Below, piece after piece: positions 36,089 to 45,663 of a stretch of DNA of 64,000 nt (position 1 is its first letter; each line of letters opens with the position of its first letter). Source of the stretch: Candidatus Hydrogenedentes bacterium UBA6118 (GTDB lineage Bacteria > Hydrogenedentota > Hydrogenedentia > Hydrogenedentales > SLHB01); assembly GCA_002422525.1 (NCBI GenBank), contig DIWA01000026.1:264843-328842 (forward strand), in the 5' to 3' direction. The position numbers and the translations under genes are program-made. The notes beneath the pieces were generated by a model. That model had not been told where the DNA came from and made no database searches. It was given only the letters and a program-made list of their open reading frames with translations.

Positions 36089-37096
36089 TTATATCCCTCG
36101 CTCGGCGATGACCGCGCGTTCCCAGTCGACCAGCTCCAGCGCCTCCGTGGACGACTGCGCCGTCCCGTTCGTCGGCGCCTCTCCACGCGCGATACAGTCC
36201 AGGAAGTAGGCCTGCTCCCCGGCGTACCCGTCGCCCTCACAATTATCCAGCGCTTCCGTCGCGCCGTTCGCGTCGTACACCCGCAGGTTCATGTCCACGG
36301 ACGACTCGAACACGAGCGTCGCCTTCTCGCACACGATGCGGAACCCCATGCGGAAGGGATACGGAGCCGGATGGCCCCAACCGCCTTCGATCGTCACGAC
36401 GGGCCCGTCGGCATACTGGTACAGCGCATTCGCCTGCTCGATGCCTTCCTTCCCGTTGCGTACGCCGACCGCCTCAATGGACTTGGGCCGCCCGAACAGG
36501 TAGTTCACGAAATCGACGTCGTGTACGTGCAGATCGAGGATCGCGCCGCCCGACAGCCGCTCGTCCATGAGCCAGCCTTGCCAGGCCCACGCGGGTTTCG
36601 GAGACGTCCGGATGAAATGCGCATGCCGCACCGCCCCATACGTCCCCTGGCGCACGAACTCCGCGGCCTTCATGTACGCCGGCCAGAACCGCAGGCAATG
36701 GCCGACCATGAACGCGCGGTCGCTTCCTGCGATCGCCTCGCAGATCGCCCGCCCTTCCTCGCCGGACAACGCGAGCGGCTTCTCGCAAAGCACGTGCTTC
36801 CCCGCCTTGATCGCGGCGATGGCCAGATCCTTGTGCAGATACGTCGGCACGGCGACGATCACCGCGTCGACGTCCGCCTCCGCCAGCAGCGCCTCGCCCG
36901 ACGCGTACGTCGCCACGCCGTCCAGGCTCGTGTCGCCCGACACCTCCAGGTTCCCGGCCGCGCCCCGGCCCGCCAGGTTCTCCGGCTCCTTGTCCGCAAC
37001 CGCCGTCAGCTCGGCCAGCCCGCCCCGCCGAAGCGTGGCAAGATGCATCCGGCCGATGAATCCGAGCCCGATCAGGCCCACTTTGGTCTTGGTCAT
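36089..37096 (-). CDS. Gfo/Idh/MocA family oxidoreductase
   Basis: MTKTKVGLIGLGFIGRMH; LCEKPLAL; GGAGGAAG RBS. ATGA overlap with the upstream gene. Confidence 0.8.
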   Translation of the reverse strand: MTKTKVGLIGLGFIGRMHLATLRRGGLAELTAVADKEPENLAGRGAAGNLEVSGDTSLDGVATYASGEALLAEADVDAVIVAVPTYLHKDLAIAAIKAGKHVLCEKPLALSGEEGRAICEAIAGSDRAFMVGHCLRFWPAYMKAAEFVRQGTYGAVRHAHFIRTSPKPAWAWQGWLMDERLSGGAILDLHVHDVDFVNYLFGRPKSIEAVGVRNGKEGIEQANALYQYADGPVVTIEGGWGHPAPYPFRMGFRIVCEKATLVFESSVDMNLRVYDANGATEALDNCEGDGYAGEQAYFLDCIARGEAPTNGTAQSSTEALELVDWERAVIAERGI

Positions 37097-39264
37097 GGCT
37101 TCGCTTCCTCCATCTCGATCTCGTACGCGCCCGTCGCGAAGTCGACGGTCACGCGAACGCCATTGCTGAACGTCGTACGCTGCTTCGTGCGTTCGGCGTT
37201 GAGAAACTCGTGGTTCACCATCTCCGCGAACGCACACCGCTCCGCGAGCGCGGCCGCCTCATGGACTCGGGCGATCTGCTCCGCGTCGGCCTCAGCCTCC
37301 CCATACGGCGGCGTCGCGTAGGGCGCGCCGGCGTTCAGCAAGCAAAGCAGCCGCCCGCTCAGCTCATTGGGGATGCCCCAGCCGCCGCGTTCGCCCATGT
37401 CCCACGGCGTGATGAGCGCGTCGTGGTAGACCAGGTTGAACAGCGGAATCGGGATGCCGAACGCCTCCGCGCCGCTCCACACTTGCGGGAACGGGTTCAC
37501 CGCGAACGGGGCATGGTGCACGAGGTCCAGCGTCGCCATGAACGCGTCCGTCGGTTCTTCGGAGCTCACGACGTAGCCCCGGGCGCGCAGCAGCTCAAAG
37601 CACTTCTTGCGGTACGCAAGGCACTCCGACCGCGTCACGCGCGCCCCCGGCTGCGCACTCTCGTCCATCGGCAACACGCTGAACACGTCCAGGTACGCGC
37701 CTTCCACGGGAATCCCGTGGTCTCGGAAGAGGTCGTGGTTGCGGCGCACGTACTCCGGGGCGTACCGCGGACTGAGCACCGTCTGCGGCCCGCCGCACCA
37801 CTGCGACACCTCGAAGCGCTTGCCCGACACATCCGTCGCGGCCAGCCGCTCGTCATACGACGCCGCATTCAGGTAGAAGTCGCGATACTGGTCGTGCACC
37901 GCGAACAGATAGTCCAACTCCCGGCACGTCTCGCCGAACCGTCGCAGACCGTCCCAGCCGCCCTGCTCATAGCCTGCGGGCAAGGGATCCGGATGCGCGC
38001 TGTCGTAGCCATGGAACCCCCAGCCGTCCAGATGCACGTAGGCCCGGTCGATGCCGCCCGCCTTGAGCCTGCGCAGGCTCTGAGCCAGCTCGTCGAAGGT
38101 CAGGAGCTGGTGGTTCGCCTCCTCGCGCTCTTTGCGGTACAGAGAGGCCTCGGGCACGTAGTGGTACAGCGCGCCGAGGTGCACGATCGGAGTCCCGATC
38201 ATCCGCTTGAGCGCCGGCGTGCGCACGCACTTCTCCGCCAACGACACAAACCGCCCGCTCTCCATCACATGCTGCCGGTACCGCTTCGCCAGGCTTACGT
38301 ACGTCGCGTCTTCTTCCAGCACGTAGCGGATGGTCCGCACGTAGCCCACCTGCCCGAGGCTGGCGTACCAGCGCGGCCCGAGGCGCGTCGGCCCGCCGGC
38401 CGGATGAACGCACACGCCGCCGGCATCCTCCGCCGTATCGAAGATCCCCATGATGCCGTGGCCGTCCACGATGTGCCCGAACCACGGCATGTAGAACTCG
38501 CGGCTGCTCGTGAGCCCGCCGTACATCAACTCCTGATGCCAGTCTCCCGGGATCAGGATCCCCTGCATCACCGGACACACCGACATCGCGCGCGCGTCCG
38601 CGGGCAGGACCACCGGCTTCGGCCAGTTAACCGAGTGCAGCGACGCGCCCGTCTCGTCCGCCGCGACGTCGAACGTCACTTCCCCCTCACGCACATACGC
38701 GGTCACGTACAGCGTGAATCCCGGCAGGGCGTCGAACTCCCCGAACGTCATCCGCATGCCCGCGCTGTAGCCCGTGTGAAACGCCTCGGCCTTGCGAACG
38801 CCGGCGGCGAGTAACGGCAACCGGCCCTCCGCATTGTCGTAGAGCACGTCGTCTTCCGCGCTCGCCATGAACCGCCACTCCGTCGCGGGCGTCGTGATCG
38901 ACACCGAGAGATCGTTTCGATCCACGGCCAGCGTCACGGTCGGCGTCCGCACGGTCCACGCCTCCGCGGTCTCCTCGAAATCCCCCGGGGCGCGCTCGGG
39001 CCGCTCCGCCGCATGCGCCCACAGCCAACCCCGCACCGCATCCATCTCGCGATACAGCGCGTTCACCCCGTCGCCGTCCTTCGCGCCGCCGTCGAGACGC
39101 TCGCGAAGCGCTTCCAGCCTCTCCGCGCGCTCCTCCGCGAACTCCGCGGCGACCTCGATGCGCTGCAGCGCCTCATAGTGCCGCTCGAGCGTGTCCAAAC
39201 GCGCCGCAATCTCTTCCGCCGCTCCCCCGCTCATCATCACCATGACCAACGCCCACATACGCAT
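37093..39264 (-). CDS. hypothetical secreted protein, putative glycoside hydrolase (unassigned family)
   Basis: 723 aa with a signal-like N-terminus MRMWALVMVMMSGGAAEE. Translationally coupled to the oxidoreductase. No family recognised from sequence alone. Confidence 0.55.
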   Translation of the reverse strand: MRMWALVMVMMSGGAAEEIAARLDTLERHYEALQRIEVAAEFAEERAERLEALRERLDGGAKDGDGVNALYREMDAVRGWLWAHAAERPERAPGDFEETAEAWTVRTPTVTLAVDRNDLSVSITTPATEWRFMASAEDDVLYDNAEGRLPLLAAGVRKAEAFHTGYSAGMRMTFGEFDALPGFTLYVTAYVREGEVTFDVAADETGASLHSVNWPKPVVLPADARAMSVCPVMQGILIPGDWHQELMYGGLTSSREFYMPWFGHIVDGHGIMGIFDTAEDAGGVCVHPAGGPTRLGPRWYASLGQVGYVRTIRYVLEEDATYVSLAKRYRQHVMESGRFVSLAEKCVRTPALKRMIGTPIVHLGALYHYVPEASLYRKEREEANHQLLTFDELAQSLRRLKAGGIDRAYVHLDGWGFHGYDSAHPDPLPAGYEQGGWDGLRRFGETCRELDYLFAVHDQYRDFYLNAASYDERLAATDVSGKRFEVSQWCGGPQTVLSPRYAPEYVRRNHDLFRDHGIPVEGAYLDVFSVLPMDESAQPGARVTRSECLAYRKKCFELLRARGYVVSSEEPTDAFMATLDLVHHAPFAVNPFPQVWSGAEAFGIPIPLFNLVYHDALITPWDMGERGGWGIPNELSGRLLCLLNAGAPYATPPYGEAEADAEQIARVHEAAALAERCAFAEMVNHEFLNAERTKQRTTFSNGVRVTVDFATGAYEIEMEEAKP

Positions 39265-39327
39265 CGCTCCTTGCGTTCCCGGCGGCGGTTCTCCGCCGCC
39301 CGCATCCCTCGGTCTGGTATAGTGAAC

Positions 39328-39376
39328 GGCGAGCCTGGGCCGGCCGCTGGTCTCACTAATGACCCAGGCTCGCCGC
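39328..39376. repeat. inverted repeat GCGAGCCTGGG ... CCCAGGCTCGC (11-bp stem, ~25-nt loop) in the intergenic region
   Basis: Read directly from the sequence; it lies between convergently/tandemly arranged minus-strand genes. Confidence 0.4.
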
Positions 39377-39570
39377 CGTCGACTGATCCGACAGGGATCA
39401 GCCGAAACTCGGCAGCGCCGCTCCGCCCGTCCGCCGACGCGAGGCCAACGCGCCGAGGTGAAGCGTACACTGGTATGCGCATTCCCTGCGCCTCAGTTCA
39501 ATGACCAAGGCGAGGGCCGGCCTCGCCATGGGGCGGCCCGGAGGATGCTCGCCAGGCCGGCCGCGGCGAA

Positions 39571-40075
39571 TCAGCCGAATCCGCCGTACTTCCACATCCA
39601 CATGTAGACGAATTGTCCGAGGTTGTCGCCGTACTCGTTCGGGGGCTCATTCCACACGGGGAACTTCTGCCCGTAGCGAACGAATTCGACGTGCCCGTCC
39701 ATGTACAGCACGTTCGATCCGCCCGGAACGTGGTTGAAGTAGGCCACGGGGTTCGTGCCGACGGCGTACTCCTGCTGGTCGCCGCCTTGTTCGGACGACG
39801 CCCACGCATCGAACATCACGGGCAGGGCGGTCTGCGCCGTGGCGCCGCTCGCCGGGTTGTTGATGTCCGTGATGAAGAACCGCTCGATGCCTTCCTTCAG
39901 GCGAGGATAGGTCGACGGCATCGGGCTGCCGTCAAGGTCGTGGCTCGCCATGATCCACGAATGGCTCGTGCGGAGCGCCTCAAGCACAAATCCCGGTACG
40001 TCGATCTGTCCGAGGCTGCCGAACGCCGCGACATGGCGCCCCCGGACGGCGCCCACATGCCCCCCTGGTGCGGTC
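39571..40075 (-). CDS. DUF1559 (H-X9-DG) family protein, C-terminal region only; possibly truncated or frameshifted
   Basis: C-terminal GGSNVLYMDGHVEFVRYG matches the DUF1559 H-X9-DG motif. No prepilin-type N-terminus. The upstream part of the ORF overlaps the sialidase gene and contains C6/G5 homopolymers. Confidence 0.35.
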
Positions 40076-41317
40076 TCAGTCGTGCACGTCGTGCAGCAGC
40101 GCCAGGGGGAATCGACAGGTCGCGATGTGCTCTTTGTTGACCGAACAGACCACAACCACGACACCTTCGACTACGGCCAGATGCGGGTAGCCGTAGCGTC
40201 CCCCTTTGAACAACCCGTCGAACTCGGGCGGCGTCGCGGGCGCGTCGCCGACGATGTAGTGCCGATCGAACGTGACGCCGTCCTCGCTCAACGCCAGCAC
40301 CAGCGGCGTGCGCGCGCCGATCGCCTCGGGATCCGGGGTGCTCAACGCGAAGAACCGCCCGTCGGGCAAGCGGCCGAACTGGTGGCGGCTGCAGTTGTCC
40401 GTGAACGCCGTGGGCCGGACCCGCGCCCACGTCTCGCCGTTGTCGCGGCTCTGCGTGCAGGCGAGGCGGTTGCGCGGCGTACGCAGCATCATGTGGACGA
40501 CGCCGTCATCCGTCTGAAACCACGACCCCTCGCAATAACCGATGCCCTCGGGGTCGATCTTCAGCGCCCGCTGGAAACCCGCCGAGTCATCGACGTGCCC
40601 CGGCGGCACGCCGGGCAGCGTCGCGACGCGCCAGCCGCGCAGGCCGGTGGGATCGTCCGTGTAGGCGAACGTCGCGTTGGCCGGCATCAGCAAGCGACCG
40701 TTCGCCAGCGGCCGCGGGCCGAGGTTGAACACGACCCCGTCCACCACCTTTTCCGCGGCGCCCCACGTCTCGCCGCCGTCAACCGACTGCACCGCCATGC
40801 AGCGCGTGTCCACATGCGCTGCGTCCGCCGGAGGGCGCCCGCCTTCCGACGTGAGGCCGTCTTGGGCGTACCCATACACGCCGAAATAGGCCGTGATCGT
40901 CAACGGCGCGTCCGCCGAGGCGCGGTACGCATACAACCCCGTCGCCGTACACACCTCCCCGTCGGCGGCGATCGAGCGCGTCGCCTCGATCACGCGGGGC
41001 GCGGCCCACGTCGCCCCCTTGTCCGTCGACCGCGTGAACCACACCTCCTGCCCCACGTCATCCTCGTGCGCCCGGCCGCTCGAGAAGGTCGCATACAACA
41101 CGCCGTCGGCGACGATCACATGGGGATGGTGGTGATACGACCGCCCCGGCCGGGCCCGCTGAATAGTCGTCTCCTCCAACCTCAGGCGCACCGTCGTCGC
41201 CTCGCCCCACCGGTTCGTGATGGGCGCTGCGTTTCCCCTGTCCTCGATGGCCTGGCCCCAAGCCGACGCCGTCAACGCGACCCCCATCAACGCATGCCAC
41301 ACAGCCGAGCTCCGCAT
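40076..41317 (-). CDS. BNR-repeat exo-alpha-sialidase-like glycosyl hydrolase (GH33-like)
   Basis: Signal peptide MRSSAVWHALMGVALTASAWGQA. BNR/Asp-box repeats STDKGATW, SVDGGETW, SRDNGETW. Confidence 0.75.
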   Translation of the reverse strand: MRSSAVWHALMGVALTASAWGQAIEDRGNAAPITNRWGEATTVRLRLEETTIQRARPGRSYHHHPHVIVADGVLYATFSSGRAHEDDVGQEVWFTRSTDKGATWAAPRVIEATRSIAADGEVCTATGLYAYRASADAPLTITAYFGVYGYAQDGLTSEGGRPPADAAHVDTRCMAVQSVDGGETWGAAEKVVDGVVFNLGPRPLANGRLLMPANATFAYTDDPTGLRGWRVATLPGVPPGHVDDSAGFQRALKIDPEGIGYCEGSWFQTDDGVVHMMLRTPRNRLACTQSRDNGETWARVRPTAFTDNCSRHQFGRLPDGRFFALSTPDPEAIGARTPLVLALSEDGVTFDRHYIVGDAPATPPEFDGLFKGGRYGYPHLAVVEGVVVVVCSVNKEHIATCRFPLALLHDVHD

Positions 41318-41503
41318 CGTCCCTGCACCTCCCTGGGGTAGATCCATCCTGGTCCGCCTGCATACCCTGCTGCAGCGAGGCATCGGCCGTCAACCGCGCA
41401 CGCCCTCAGACCTTGCCCCGAGGCGCCCGTTTCGGTCATTCTGCCTCCGGTGCGGGCCGCGGTCCGCATCAAGACGCATGGAAAGAAGAAGGGAGCAGTA
41501 CGC

Positions 41504-43135
41504 ATGAAGTGGAAGTCAATCTCGGCCCTGGTCGCAGCAGCAGGTCTGTGCTGCGGCGCCGTCGCCATCGCGCAAGAGGCGCCCGCGGACACAGCGGAGA
41601 CGCCCGCCGCAACGTCCGCCCCCCGCGAAGATGACATCCGCCTCGGCTACGCCTACTTCGTTGAGCGCATGGTGGGGAGCTGGAACACGAACGGCTTCAT
41701 CTCCCGCGTCCGCCGCAACCTCCGCCGCGACCTGCCCATCATGGCGTCGGTCGGAGCGCCGGCGGTCAAACTCTGTCTCTGTCCGCCGTTCGCCGGCCTG
41801 CGCTACCAGGAAGGGCAAGGCGCGGAGGTGGACGTCGAAACGCTCGAAGCGAGCACGCGGAACATGGTGACGATCATCCGCCAGTTCGCCGACCACGGCA
41901 TCCCGGTCGTCATCGACTTCGTGCTGAACGACTACTATCTGCGCGGACCCAACGGCTGGATCCCCAACAATGACCCGGACTGGTACCAGTACGCCTACGA
42001 GCCGATGGGCTTTCCCGAAGGGGCGCAGCGGATGGCGCGCGACTTCGCGGAATGGGAGTCGGCCTTTGTCGAGGCGTTTCGCGAAGCCGACGTCGAACGT
42101 CACATCCTGTACTACAACCTCTTCACCGAGGCGAACTACTCGTTCCGTCCCTACGCGAAGGATGTAACGAGCTGCGTCGTGCGCACCGTGCTCGCATCCG
42201 TCAACGTGCCGGACGACAAGCGCGTGGCGGACGCCTATCCCCACACCGACGCGCAGCATCTTGCAGACGACGTTGCGGCGGTCGGCAAGCCGCTGGCGCT
42301 CACGGAAGTGCATGCCTATCCGGACGTCGCGGACGTTGACCTGCCCGCCGAGTTCGCCCACGTAAAGGCCCTGTTCCCCGGGATCCGCGTCGAGTTGGGG
42401 GAGATCGGCGGCAGTTACTGCGCGACCGGCGAGGATGAGTTCGCGGAAGCCAGGACCCTCCGCGATGCGCTCGACGCCGCCCACGACGCCGGCGCCCGGC
42501 TCGCGTTCAATTGGGGGCTCTGGGATGCCGACGAGGAGCTGGTCTGCGGCGAAGGGTTCGACGGGTTGCGCGTCGGAACGGGGTTTTCGCCGGGGCGTCC
42601 GCGGGCCACGTGGGGAGACATCGTCGACCGCTACAGCGCGTTGCCGGGCGGCGATTTCGAGACCGATTGCAGCGGCTGGACGGCCGCGACCGAGTGGGAC
42701 GCCGAGGTCCCGATCACACACTGCGGACCCGACGTCGGCGGCGCCGCGACGGGCCGCCATTTCATCCGCATGGAGACCGTGCAGCAAGAGGCCCACGAGG
42801 TCAACTCGCCGTCCTTCGCCATCGACGGCACGCATCTCGCCGTCAGCGCGTATCTCCGCGGCGACTGCGACGCCGCGTTCGTCCACGTGGACTACCGCGA
42901 CGAATCCGGCTGGAACTGGCAGACGAACCGCGCACCGCTGATCAAGAAGGCGGTCCTGCCCGAGACGAACCGATTCCACCAGATCCAGGACCTGTGGGGC
43001 GGCGAGGTCTTCCGTTTGCCCGACGGAACCCGCGAGGCCCGTCTGCGGTTCGTGATCTACGCCCGCACGGCCGACGACCACCACCAACTCGACATCGACG
43101 CCGTCGCGGTGAACGCCTTCACGCCGCTGGAGTGA
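41504..43135 (+). CDS. secreted glycoside hydrolase (GH5-like TIM barrel) with a C-terminal CBM4/9-like domain
   Basis: Signal peptide MKWKSISALVAAAGLCCGAVAIAQEA. NWG/ELGEIGG catalytic-like motifs. C-terminal GGDFETDCSGWT... beta-sandwich. Confidence 0.6.
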   Translation: MKWKSISALVAAAGLCCGAVAIAQEAPADTAETPAATSAPREDDIRLGYAYFVERMVGSWNTNGFISRVRRNLRRDLPIMASVGAPAVKLCLCPPFAGLRYQEGQGAEVDVETLEASTRNMVTIIRQFADHGIPVVIDFVLNDYYLRGPNGWIPNNDPDWYQYAYEPMGFPEGAQRMARDFAEWESAFVEAFREADVERHILYYNLFTEANYSFRPYAKDVTSCVVRTVLASVNVPDDKRVADAYPHTDAQHLADDVAAVGKPLALTEVHAYPDVADVDLPAEFAHVKALFPGIRVELGEIGGSYCATGEDEFAEARTLRDALDAAHDAGARLAFNWGLWDADEELVCGEGFDGLRVGTGFSPGRPRATWGDIVDRYSALPGGDFETDCSGWTAATEWDAEVPITHCGPDVGGAATGRHFIRMETVQQEAHEVNSPSFAIDGTHLAVSAYLRGDCDAAFVHVDYRDESGWNWQTNRAPLIKKAVLPETNRFHQIQDLWGGEVFRLPDGTREARLRFVIYARTADDHHQLDIDAVAVNAFTPLE

Positions 43136-43162
43136 CCGCTGCCGTCGCGATGCTGGCCGTGG

Positions 43163-43900
43163 TCAGCCCTCCCCCCGCGCGGCCGGAAGCAGCTCGGCGG
43201 GGCGATTGGTGCAGATCTTGTCGACGCCGAGCCCACGCCAACGCGGCAGCTCGGCAGGATCGTCGATCACCCACGCGTTCACGCGGAGGCCGGATTCGTG
43301 CGCTTCGGCGACCAGGGTCGTGTCCACGGTGTTGCGCTCGGCGTGGATCCACGGGATGCCGAGCCGCCGGGCCACCGGCAGGATCTCGAGGCCGCGGCCG
43401 ATGCAGGCCAGGGTGATCTCCGGGGCGAGCGCACGCACTTCGAGCAGCGGCTCGACCTCGAACGAGGACACGAGGCAGTCCTTCTCGCGCCCGAACGCGC
43501 GAAGCAGCTTCACCAAGCGCTCGGCCACGTCGAACCCTTGCGCAAACGCTTTGATCTCGACGTTGACCCGCGTGTCGCGCGATGCCGCAAGTTCGAACAC
43601 TTCCTCAAGCAGCGGGATTCGCTCGCCGGCGAACTCCGGATCGAACCAACTCCCCGCATCCAGGCGCCGCAGCTCCTCCGCCGTGAAGTCGGACACCGCC
43701 CCCGCGCCGTTCGTCGTTCGGTCGAGCGTGTCGTCGTGGATCACCATCAACGCGCCGTCCTTGGCGGGATGGATATCCAGCTCGGTCCACCTGACGCCGA
43801 GGTCGAACGCGCGCTGAAAAGCGGCCAGGGTGTTCTCGGGCGCATTGGCGCTGTCGCCGCGGTGGGCTTCGATGACCGGATGGGCGTCTGTACTGCTCAT
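43163..43900 (-). CDS. glycerophosphodiester phosphodiesterase
   Basis: HPVIEAHRGDSANAPENTLAAF, ELDIHPAKDG (GDPD motifs). Confidence 0.8.
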   Translation of the reverse strand: MSSTDAHPVIEAHRGDSANAPENTLAAFQRAFDLGVRWTELDIHPAKDGALMVIHDDTLDRTTNGAGAVSDFTAEELRRLDAGSWFDPEFAGERIPLLEEVFELAASRDTRVNVEIKAFAQGFDVAERLVKLLRAFGREKDCLVSSFEVEPLLEVRALAPEITLACIGRGLEILPVARRLGIPWIHAERNTVDTTLVAEAHESGLRVNAWVIDDPAELPRWRGLGVDKICTNRPAELLPAARGEG

Positions 43901-44178
43901 GGGGGGACTCCATTACACACAGTCCTGCTTCGATACACGATTCGCTTGCCGCGCAGCATAGCACAGCCCCCGGGTTGCGCCATCGCGCCGTCCGTTCCGA
44001 CATGCCCGCTCGCTACGACGCCGCGCGGTCGTGCGCGTCCTTGCGGGGTCTCCGAACCGGGTCTACAATGGCCTCGACGGCGTGCGGCGGCGATCGCGGT
44101 GATCGGTCGCCGCGCACAAGCGCCGCGCACAACGTGAGGTTGAGACGTGTACGACACAGACCGCGGGAGTGATCTGCA

Positions 44179-45597
44179 ATGGCTGCTACGGACAAGAAGA
44201 TGACGTTCGGACTGATCGTGGGCAATCGGGGCTTCTTCCCCGACGCGCTGGCGAAGGAGGGCCGCGAGGTCCTGATGCGGATCCTCGACAAGCTGGGATA
44301 CGGCGTGATCGTCCCCTCGCCGCAAGACGCCAAGTTCGGCTGCGTCGAGACCTGGCCCGAGTCGCGCGCGTGCGCGGACCTGTTCAAGAAGCATCGCGAC
44401 GAGATCGACGGCGTGATCGTCACCTTGCCGAACTTCGGCGAGGAGCGCGGCATCGCGGATGCGCTGAAGCTGGCGGGGCTCGACGTGCCGGTGCTGGTCC
44501 ACGCGTGGGATGACGACGCCGACAAAATGACGATCCAGCATCGCCGCGACTCGTTCTGCGGAAAGATGAGCACGTGCGCGAACCTCACGCAGTACGGCAT
44601 CCCCTTCTCGCTCACCCGACGGCACACCATGGCGCCGGAGACGCCGGAGTTCGAAGAAGAGCTCCGGGGCTTCGCGGCCGTGTGCCGCGTGGTCAACGGG
44701 CTGTCCAACTGCCGCGTCGGGGCGATCGGCGCACGTCCGGCCGCCTTCAACACGGTGCGCTACAGCGAGAAGCTGCTCGAGGAATCGGGGATCAGCGTCG
44801 AGACGCTCGACCTTTCCGAGGTGTTCGGCCGGGCGGCGCGGCTGTCTGACACGGACGCGGCGGTGAAGGAGCGGCTCGCGGCGATCGAAGCGTATGTGCC
44901 CGCGAAGGGCATCCCGCAAGAGGCGCTGCTCAAGATGGCCAAGCTGGCGACGGTGGTCCAGCAATGGATCGACGCCGACGACCTCGACATCACCGCCGTG
45001 CAGTGCTGGACCTCGCTCGAGGAGTTCTACGGCGTCGTCCCCTGTACGGTGATGAGCATGCTGAGCGACCAGCTCCGGTCCTCCGCCTGCGAGGTGGACG
45101 TGTGCGGCGCGGTCGCCATGCATGCGCTCGCGCTGGCGTCCGAGACGCCCAGTTTCCTGCTCGACTGGAACAACAACTACGGCACGGACCCCGACAAGTG
45201 CGTGTGCTTCCACTGCTCGAACCTGCCCAAGAGCGTGCTCGAGGAGCCGACGATGGATTACCAGGAGATCATCGCCGGGTCCGTGGGCAAGGAGAATACG
45301 TTCGGCACGATGGTCGGGCGGATCAAGGCGGGTCCGATGACCTACTGCCGCGTCTCGACGCTCGATGTCGAGGGCTGCGTCGGCGCTTATCTCGGCGAGG
45401 GCCGGTTCACGGCGGACCGGGTGTCCACATTCGGCGGCTACGGCGTGGCGGAGATCCCGAACATGCAGGGCCTGCTCCAGCACATCTGCCGAAACGGCTT
45501 CGAGCACCACGTCGCCGCGAGCCACAGCCGCAGCGCCCGCGCCGTGCACGAGGCGTTCGACACCTATCTCGGCTGGGATGTGTACTGGCACATGTGA
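44179..45597 (+). CDS. L-fucose/L-arabinose isomerase-family sugar isomerase
   Basis: 472 aa. FucI-like architecture (N-terminal Rossmann-like MTFGLIVGNRGFFP, C-terminal metal-binding half). Confidence 0.55.
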   Translation: MAATDKKMTFGLIVGNRGFFPDALAKEGREVLMRILDKLGYGVIVPSPQDAKFGCVETWPESRACADLFKKHRDEIDGVIVTLPNFGEERGIADALKLAGLDVPVLVHAWDDDADKMTIQHRRDSFCGKMSTCANLTQYGIPFSLTRRHTMAPETPEFEEELRGFAAVCRVVNGLSNCRVGAIGARPAAFNTVRYSEKLLEESGISVETLDLSEVFGRAARLSDTDAAVKERLAAIEAYVPAKGIPQEALLKMAKLATVVQQWIDADDLDITAVQCWTSLEEFYGVVPCTVMSMLSDQLRSSACEVDVCGAVAMHALALASETPSFLLDWNNNYGTDPDKCVCFHCSNLPKSVLEEPTMDYQEIIAGSVGKENTFGTMVGRIKAGPMTYCRVSTLDVEGCVGAYLGEGRFTADRVSTFGGYGVAEIPNMQGLLQHICRNGFEHHVAASHSRSARAVHEAFDTYLGWDVYWHM

Positions 45598-45663
45598 GCC
45601 GCGCATCGGCCGGAGGCGGGGTCTCGCGCCTCGCCTCCGCCGTCGCGACGCCCGTCCGCGGGC

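Noticed and set aside
31943-38814. Plus-strand ORFs 31943..33466, 32934..35150, 35888..37321, 37210..38814
   Set aside because: They are antisense shadows of the minus-strand GLUG, esterase, epimerase, oxidoreductase and putative hydrolase genes.
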